From Octopus vulgaris (Eukaryota): 64,000 nucleotides of DNA. Position numbers and translations under genes: made by a program. The stretch lies in NCBI GenBank assembly GCA_951406725.2, contig OX597830.1:72540001-72604000 (forward strand), read 5' to 3'. Below, piece after piece: positions 55,326-64,000 of this stretch (the stretch's first letter is position 1; every line of letters starts with the position of its first letter). Under the pieces are notes generated by a model. It saw nothing but the letters and a program-made list of their open reading frames with translations, did not search any database and was not told where the DNA came from.

Positions 55326-57188
55326 TTCATCATGTTTGATGAAAAGGTTTAAAGAACATGTTTGATTAAAATGTTTGACGAAAATGTTTGATGAAAATTT
55401 TGATGAAAATGATGAAAAATGTTTGATGAAAATGTTTGATGAAAATGATTGGTGAAAATGTTTGATGAAAATGTTTGATGAAATGTTTCATGATAATGTT
55501 TGATGAAAATTTTTGATGAAAAATGTTTGATGAAAATGATGAAAAATGTTTGATGAAAATGTTTGATGAAAAATGTGTGATGAAAATGATGAAAAATGTT
55601 AGATGAAAATGATGAAAAATGTTTGATGAAAATGTTTGAAAATGTTTGATGAAAAATGTTTGATGAAAATGATGAAAAATGTGTGATGAAAATGATGAAA
55701 AATGTTAGATGAAAATGATGAAAAATGTTTGATGAAAATGTTTGATGAAAATGTTTGAAGAAAAATGTTTGATGCAAATGATGAAATATGTTTGATGAAA
55801 ATGTTTGATGAAAATGTTTGATGAAAACGTTTGATGAAGATGTTTGATGAAAATGTTTGAGGAAAATGTTTGATGAAAAATGTTTGATGAAAATGATGAA
55901 AAATATTTGATGAAAATGATGAAAAATGTTTGATGAAAATGTTTGATGAAAATGTTTGGGAAAATGTTTGATGAAAATGATGAAAAATATTTGATGAAAA
56001 TGATGAAAAATGTTTGATGAAAATGTTTCATGAAAATGTTTGATGAAAAATGTTTGTTGGAAATGATGAAATATGTTTGATGAAAATGTTTGATAAAAAT
56101 GTTTGATGAAAATGTGTGATGAAAAATGTTTGATGCAAATGATGAAATATATTTGATGAAAAAGTTTGATGAAAATATTTGATGAAAAATGTTTGATGCA
56201 AATGATGAAATATGTTTGATGAAAATGTTTGATGAAAATGTTTGATGAAATGTTTGATGAAGATGTTTGATGAAAATGTTTGAGGAAAATGTTTGATGAA
56301 AAATGTTTGATGAAAATGATGAAAAATATTTGATTAAAATGATGAAAAATGTTTGATGAAAATGTTTGATGAAAATGTTTGGGAAATAGTTTGATGAAAA
56401 ATGTTTGATGAAAATGATGAAAATATTTGATGAAAATGATGAAAAATGTTCGATGAAAATGTGTGATGAAAATTGTTTGATGCAAATGATGAAATATATT
56501 TGATGAAAATGTTTGATGAAAATGTTTGATGAAAAATGTTTGATGCAAATGATGAAATATGTTTGATGAAAATGTTTGATGAAAATGTTTGATGAAAATG
56601 TTTGATGCAAATGATGAAATATGTTTGATGAAAATGTTTGATGAATATGATGAAAAATGATTGATGAAAATGATGAAAAATGTTTGACGAAAAAAATTGG
56701 TGAGAATTTTTCTTGAAAATGTTGATGAAAATATTTGATAAAAATGTTTGAAGAAAAATGTTTAATGAAAATGTTTGATGAAAACGTTTGATGAAAAATG
56801 ATTGATGAAATATGTTTGATGAAAATGATGAAAAATATTTGATGAAAATTATGAAAAATGTTTGATGAAAATGTTTAATGAAAATGTTTGAAATAGTTTG
56901 GTGAAAAATGTTTGATGAAAAATGTTTGATGAAAATGATGAAATATGTTTGATGAAAATATTTGATGAAAATGTTTGATGAAAATATTTGAGGAAAATGT
57001 TTGATGAAAAAATGTTTGATGAAAATGATGAAAAATGTTTGATGAAAATGTTTGATGAAAATGTTTGTGAAATGTTTGATGAAAATAATTGATGGAAATG
57101 TTTGATGAAATGTTTGATGAAAATGTTTGAAAATGTTTGATGAAAAATGTTTGATGAAAATGATGAAAAATGTTTGATGAAAATGTTT

Positions 57189-57482
57189 TTCATCAAACAT
57201 TTTTATTATTTTCATCAAACATTTTTAATCAGACATTTTAATCAAACATTTTCATCAAACATTTCATCAAACATTTTTCATCAAATTATTTCATCAAACA
57301 TTTTCATCAAACATTTTTCATATTTTCATGAAAACATTTTTCATCAAAAATTTACATTAAACATTTTCATCAACAATTTTCATGAAACATTTGAATCAAT
57401 CATATATCATCAATCATTTATCGACATTTATCATCAAACATTATGATTAAACATTTTCATCAAATATTTATCATCAAACATG
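57189..57482 (-). repeat. Inverted satellite block, type B copy 2
   Basis: Offset 2157 from B copy 1. Confidence 0.97.
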
Positions 57483-59434
57483 TTCATCATGTTTGATGAA
57501 AAGGTTTAAAGAACATGTTTGATTAAAATGTTTGACGAAAATGTTTGATAAAATTTTGATGAAAATGATGAAAAATGTTTGATGAAAATGTTTGATGAAA
57601 ATGATTGGTGAAAATGTTTGATGAAATGTTTCATGATAATGTTTGATGAAAATTTTTGATGAAAAATGTTTTATGAAAATGATGAAAAATGTTTGATGAA
57701 AATGTTTGATGAAAAATGTGTGATGAAAATGATGAAAAATGTTAGATGAAAATGATGAAAAATGTTTGATGAAAATGTTTGAAAATGTTTGATGAAAAAT
57801 GTTTGATGAAAATGATGAAAAATGTTTGATGAAAATGATGAAAAATGTTAGATGAAAATGATGAAAAATGTTTGATGAAAATGTTTGAAGAAAAATGTTT
57901 GATGCAAATGATGAAATATGTTTGATGAAAATGTTTGATGAAAATGATGAAAAATATTTGATGAAAATGATGAAAAATGTTTGATGAAAATGTTTGATGA
58001 AAATGTTTGGGAAATAGTTTGATGAAAAATGTTTGATGAAAATGATGAAAAATACTTGATGAAAATGATAAAAAATGTTTGATGAAAATGTTTCATGAAA
58101 ATGTTTGATGAAAAATGTTTGTTGGAAATGATGAAATATGTTTGATGAAAATGTTTGATAAAAATGTTTGATGAAAATGTGTGATGAAAAATGTTTGATG
58201 CAAATGATGAAATATATTTGATGAAAATGTTTGATGCAAATGATGAAATATGTTTGATGAAAATGTTTGATGAAAATGTTTGATGAAATGTTTGATGAAG
58301 ATGTTTGATGAAAATGTTTGAGGAAAATGTTTGATGAAAAATGTTTGATGAAAATGATGAAAAATGTTTGATTAAAATGATGAAAATTGTTAGATGAAAA
58401 TGATGAAAAATGTTTGATGAAAATGTTTGATGAAAATGTTTGAAGAAAAATGTTTGATGCAAATGATGAAATATGTTTGATGAAAATGTTTGATGAAAAT
58501 GTTTGATGAAAACGTTTCATGAAAAATGTTTCATGAAAAATGTTTGATGAAAATGATGAAAAATATTTAATGAAAATGATGAAAAATGTTTGATGAAAAT
58601 GTTTGATGAAAATGTTTGGGAAATAGTTTGATGAAAAATGTTTGATGAAAATGATGAAAATATTTGATGAAAATGATGAAAAATGTTCGATGAAAATGTG
58701 TGATGAAAATTGTTTGATGCAAATGATGAAATATATTTGATGAAAATGTTTGATGAAAATGTTTGATGAAAAATGTTTGATGCAAATGATGAAATATGTT
58801 TGATGAAAATGTTTGATGAAAATGTTTGATGAAAATGTTTGATGAAATGTTTGATGAAGATGTTTGATGCAAATGATGAAATATGTTTGATGAAAATGTT
58901 TGATGAATATGATGAAAAATGATTGATGAAAATGATGAAAAATGTTTGACGAAAAAATTGGTGAGAATTTTTCTTGAAAATGTTGATGAAAATATTTGAT
59001 AAAAATGTTTGAAGAAAAATGTTTAATGAAAATGTTTGATGAAAACGTTTGATGAAAAATGATTGATGAAATATGTTTGATGAAAATGATGAAAAATATT
59101 TGATGAAAATTATGAAAAATGTTTGATGAAAATGTTTAATGAAAATGTTTGAAATAGTTTGGTGAAAAATGTTTGATGAAAATGATGAAATATGTTTGAT
59201 GAAAATATTTGATGAAAATGTTTGATGAAAATATTTGAGGAAAATGTTTGATGAAAAATGTTTGATGAAAATGATGAAAAATGTTTGATGAAAATGTTTG
59301 ATGAAAATGTTTGTGAAATGTTTGATGAAAATAATTGATGGAAATGTTTGATGAAATGTTTGATGAAAATGTTTGAAAATGTTTGATGAAAAATGTTTGA
59401 TGAAAATGATGAAAAATGTTTGATGAAAATGTTT

Positions 59435-59727
59435 TTCATCAAACATTTTATTATTTTCATCAAACATTTTTAATCAGACATTTTAATCAAACATTTTCAT
59501 CAAACATTTCATCAAACATTTTTCATCAAATTATTTCATCAAACATTTTCATCAAACATTTTTCATATTTTCATGAAAACATTTTTCATCAAAAATTTAC
59601 ATTAAACATTTTCATCAACAATTTTCATGAAACATTTGAATCAATCATATATCATCAATCATTTATCGACATTTATCATCAAACATTATGATTAAACATT
59701 TTCATCAAATATTTATCATCAAACATG
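59435..59727 (-). repeat. Inverted satellite block, type B copy 3
   Basis: Offset 2246 from B copy 2. Confidence 0.97.
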
Positions 59728-62700
59728 TTCATCATGTTTGATGAAAAGGTTTAAAGAACATGCTTGATTAAAATGTTTGACGAAAATGTTTGATAAAAAT
59801 TTTGATGAAAATGATGAAAAATGTTTGATGAAAACGTTTGATGAAAATGATTGGTGAAAATGTTTGATGAAAATGTTTGATGAAATGTTTCATGATAATG
59901 TTTGATGAAAATTTTTGATGAAAAATGTTTGATGAAAATGATGAAAAATGTTTGATGAAAATGTTTGATGAAAAATGTGTGATGAAAATGATGAAAAATG
60001 TTAGATGAAAATGATGAAAAATGTTTGATGAAAATGTTTGAAAATGTTTGATGAAAAATGTTTGATGAAAATGATGAAAAATGTTTGATGAAAATGATGA
60101 AAAATGTTAGATGAAAATGATGAAAAATGTTTCATGAAAATGTTTGATGAAAATGTTTGAAGAAAAATGTTTGATGCAAATGATGAAATATGTTTGATGA
60201 AAATGTTTGATGAAAATGTTTGATGAAAACGTTTGATGAAAAATGTTTGATGAAAAATGTTTGATGAAAAATGAAAAATATTTGATGAAAATGATGAAAA
60301 ATGTTTGATGAAAATGTTTGATGAAAATGTTTGGGAAATAGTTTGATGAAAAATGTTTGATGAAAATGATGAAAAATATTTGATGAAAATGATGAAAAAT
60401 GTTTGATGAAAATGTTTCATGAAAATGTTTGATGAAAAATGTTTGTTGGAAATGATGAAATATGTTTGATGAAAATGTTTGATAAAAATGTTTGATGAAA
60501 ATGTGTGATGAAAAATGTTTGATGCAAATGATGAAATATATTTGATGAAAATGTTTAATGCAAATGATGAAATATGTTTGATGAAAATGTTTGATGAAAA
60601 TGTTTGATGAAATGTTTGATGAAGATGTTTGATGAAAATGTTTGAGGAAAATGTTTGATGAAAAATGTTTGATGAAAATGATGAAAAATGTTTGATTAAA
60701 ATGATGAAAATTGTTAGATGAAAATGATGAAAAATGTTTGATGAAAATGTTTGATGAAAATGTTTGAAGAAAAATGTTTGATGCAAATGATGAAATATGT
60801 TTGATGAAAATGTTTGATGAAAATGTTTGATGAAAACGTTTGATGAAAAATGTTTCATGAAAAATGTTTGATGAAAATGATGAAAAATATTTAATGAAAA
60901 TGATGAAAAATGTTTGATGAAAATGTTTGAAGAAAATGTTTGGGAAATAGTTTGATGAAAAATGTTTGATGAAAATGTTGAAAAATATTTAATGAAAATG
61001 ATGAAAAATGTTTGATGAAAATGTTTGATGAAAATGTTTGGGAAATAGTTTGATGAAAAATGTTTGATGAAAATGATGAAAATATTTGATGAAAATGATG
61101 AAAAATGTTCGATGAAAATGTGTGATGAAAATTGTTTGATGCAAATGATGAAATATATTTGAGGAAAATGTTTGATGAAAATGTTTGATGAAAAATGTTT
61201 GATGCAAATGATGAAATATGTTTGATGAAAATGTTTGATGAAAATGTTTGATGAAAATGTTTGATGAAATGTTTGATGAATATGATGAAAAATGATTGAT
61301 GAAAATGATGAAAAATGTTTGACGAAAAAATTGGTGAGAATTTTTCATGAAAATGTTGATGAAAATATTTGATAAAAATGTTTGAAGAAAAATGTTTAAT
61401 GAAAATGTTTGATGAAAACGTTTGATGAAAAATGATTGATGAAAAATGTTTGATGAAAATGATGAAAAATATTTGATGAAAATTATGAAAAATGTTTGAT
61501 GAAAATGTTTAATGAAAATGTTTGAAATAGTTTGGTGAAAAATGTTTGATGAAAAATGTTTGATGAAAATGATGAAAAATGTTTGATGAAAATATTTGAT
61601 GAAAATGTTTGATGAAAATATTTGAGGAAAATGTTTGATGAAAAATGTTTGATGCAAATGATGAAATATGTTTGATGAAAATGTTTGATGAAAAATGATT
61701 GATGAAAAATGTTTGATGAAAATGATGAAAAATATTTGACGAAAAAAATTGGTGAGAATTTTTCATGAAAATGTTGATGAAAATATTTGATAAAAATGTT
61801 TGAAGAAAAATGTTTAATGAAAATGTTTGATGAAAACGTTTGATGAAAAATGATTGATGAAAAATGTTTGATGAAAATGATGAAAAATATTTGATGAAAA
61901 TTATGAAAAATGTTTGATGAAAATGTTTAATGAAAATGTTTGAAATAGTTTGGTGAAAAATGTTTGATGAAAAATGTTTGATGAAAATGATGAAATATGT
62001 TTGATGAAAATATTTGATGAAAATGTTTGATGAAAATATTTGAGGAAAATGTTTGATGAAAAATGTTTGATGAAAATGATGAAAAATGTTTGATGGAAAT
62101 GTTTGATGAAAATGTTTGTGAGAAATGTTTGATGAAAATATTTGATGGAAATGTTTGATGAAAATGTTTGATGAAAATGTTTGAAAATGTTTGATGAAAA
62201 ATGTTTGATGAAAATGATGAAAAATGTTTGATGAAAATGATGAAAAATGTTTGATGAAAATGTTTGATGAAAATGTTTGTGAAATAGTTTGATGAAAATT
62301 GTTTGATGCAAATGTTGGAAAATGTTTGATGAAAATGTTTGATGTAAATGTTTGATGAAAACTGTTTGATGCAAATGATGAAATATGTTTGATGAAAATG
62401 TTTAATGAAAATGATTAAAAATGTTTGATGAAAATGTTTGATGTAAATGTTTCATGAAAAATGTTTTATGATAAATGTTTTTATGAAAATGTTATATAAA
62501 AATGTTTGATAAAAATGTTTGATGAAAGATGTTTGATGAAACTGATGAAAATAGTTTGATGAAAATGATTGATGAAAATGTTTTATGATAAATGTTTGTG
62601 AAATAGTTTGATGAAAAATGTTTGATGAAAAATGTTTGATGAAAATATTTGATGAAAAATGTTTGATGAAATGTTTGATGAAAATGTTTAATGAAAATGA

Positions 62701-64000
62701 TTAAAAATGTTTGATGAAAATGTTTGATGTAAATGTTTCATGAAAATGTTTGATGAAAAATGTTTGTTGGAAATGATGAAATATGTTTGATGAAAATGTT
62801 TGATAAAAATGTTTGATGAAAATGTGTGATGAAAAATGTTTGATGCAAATGATGAAATATATTTGATGAAAATGTTTGATGCAAATGATGAAATATGTTT
62901 GATGAAAATGTTTGATGAAAATGTTTGATGAAATGTTTGATGAAGATGTTTGATGAAAATGTTTGAGGAAAATGTTTGATGAAAAATGTTTGATGAAAAT
63001 GATGAAAAATGTTTGATTAAAATGATGAAAATTGTTAGATGAAAATGATGAAAAATGTTTGATGAAAATGTTTGATGAAAATGTTTGAAGAAAAATGTTT
63101 GATGCAAATGATGAAATATGTTTGATGAAAATGTTTGATGAAAATGTTTGATGAAAACGTTTCATGAAAAATGTTTCATGAAAAATGTTTGATGAAAATG
63201 ATGAAAAATATTTAATGAAAATGATGAAAAATGTTTGATGAAAATGTTTGATGAAAATGTTTGGGAAATAGTTTGATGAAAAATGTTTGATGAAAATGTT
63301 GAAAAATATTTAATGAAAATGATGAAAAATGTTTGATGAAAATGTTTGATGAAAATGTTTGGGAAATAGTTTGATGAAAAATGTTTGATGAAAATGATGA
63401 AAATATTTGATGAAAATGATGAAAAATGTTCGATGAAAATGTGTGATGAAAATTGTTTGATGCAAATGATGAAATATATTTGATGAAAATGTTTGATGAA
63501 AATGTTTGATGAAAAATGTTTGATGCAAATGATGAAATATGTTTGATGAAAATGTTTGATGAAAATGTTTGATGAAAATGTTTGATGAAATGTTTGATGA
63601 AGATGTTTGATGCAAATGATGAAATATGTTTGATGAAAATGTTTGATGAATATGATGAAAAATGATTGATGAAAATGATGAAAAATGTTTGATGAAAATG
63701 TTTGATGAAATATGTGTGATGAAAATGATGAAAAATGTTAGATGAAAATGTTTGATGGAAATGTTTGATGAAAAATGTTTGATGATAAATATTTAGTGAA
63801 AAATTTTGTTGAAAATTTTTCATGGAAATGTTGATGAAAATATTTCATGAAAATATTTGAAAATGTTTAAAGAAAATGTTTGATGAAAATGTTTGATGAA
63901 AAATGTTTCATGAAAATGTTTTATGGAAATTTTTGATGAAAATATTTCATGAAAATGTTTGATGAAAAATTTTGCTGAAATTTTTTTATGAAAATGTTTG

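Larger units (their letters stand above)
55032..61500 (+). repeat. Higher-order repeat B, variable period about 2.16-2.37 kb, about 3 copies
   Basis: Type B inverted blocks start at 55032, 57189 and 59435; landmark ttggtgagaa at 56697, 58958 and 61331; variant gttcgatgaaaatgtgtgatgaaaattg recurs. Confidence 0.85.
45229..64000 (+). repeat. 13-bp satellite array, consensus GATGAAAATGTTT (9-, 12- and 14-bp variants), 18.8 kb or more, continues past the window end
   Basis: Continuous tandem monomers with no SINE, LINE or microsatellite interruptions seen. Confidence 0.99.

Noticed and set aside
45419-63823. Many long minus-strand ORFs (up to 399 aa) with an HFHQTFSSNIFIK repeat, and short plus-strand ORFs at the inversions
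   Set aside because: The C-rich strand of the monomer (AAACATTTTCATC) has no stop codon in any frame. All three frames are open, and frequent 1-bp indels show no frame conservation.
45229-64000. CRISPR-like or spacer-bearing array
   Set aside because: No unique spacers between repeats, no cas genes, eukaryotic context.
45229-64000. Box C (ATGATGA) motifs and CTGATGA..GAAA hammerhead-like words in the satellite
   Set aside because: These are inevitable words of the monomer variants; no box D pairing or hammerhead stems were found.
45229-64000. Telomeric repeat
   Set aside because: No TTAGGG-type G-rich unit. A subtelomeric location cannot be judged from this window.

Overview
Non-coding, very AT-rich eukaryotic genomic DNA. 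The SINE families and microsatellite density look like an octopus or other cephalopod genome (recognised from memory, not searched). No intact host gene is supported; nearly all ORFs in the track are microsatellite or satellite by-products. Positions 1-45.2 kb are a mosaic of simple repeats and decayed mobile elements: four kinds of tRNA-headed SINE, two decayed R4/Dong-type LINEs, a decayed L1/Tx1-type RT, a full-length but stop-inactivated mariner (35706-36992), a long-TIR foldback element, a probable non-autonomous Helitron (43691-45204), and three hammerhead-ribozyme-like motifs typical of Penelope-like elements. From about 45229 to the window end (18.8 kb or more) is a 13-bp satellite (GATGAAAATGTTT). 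It has a degenerate margin, nested higher-order periods (about 0.3, 0.6-0.7 and 2.17 kb) and six 240-295 bp strand-inverted blocks recurring every 1.8-2.2 kb, each with palindromic junctions. This satellite with built-in periodic inversions is the most unusual structure in the window.
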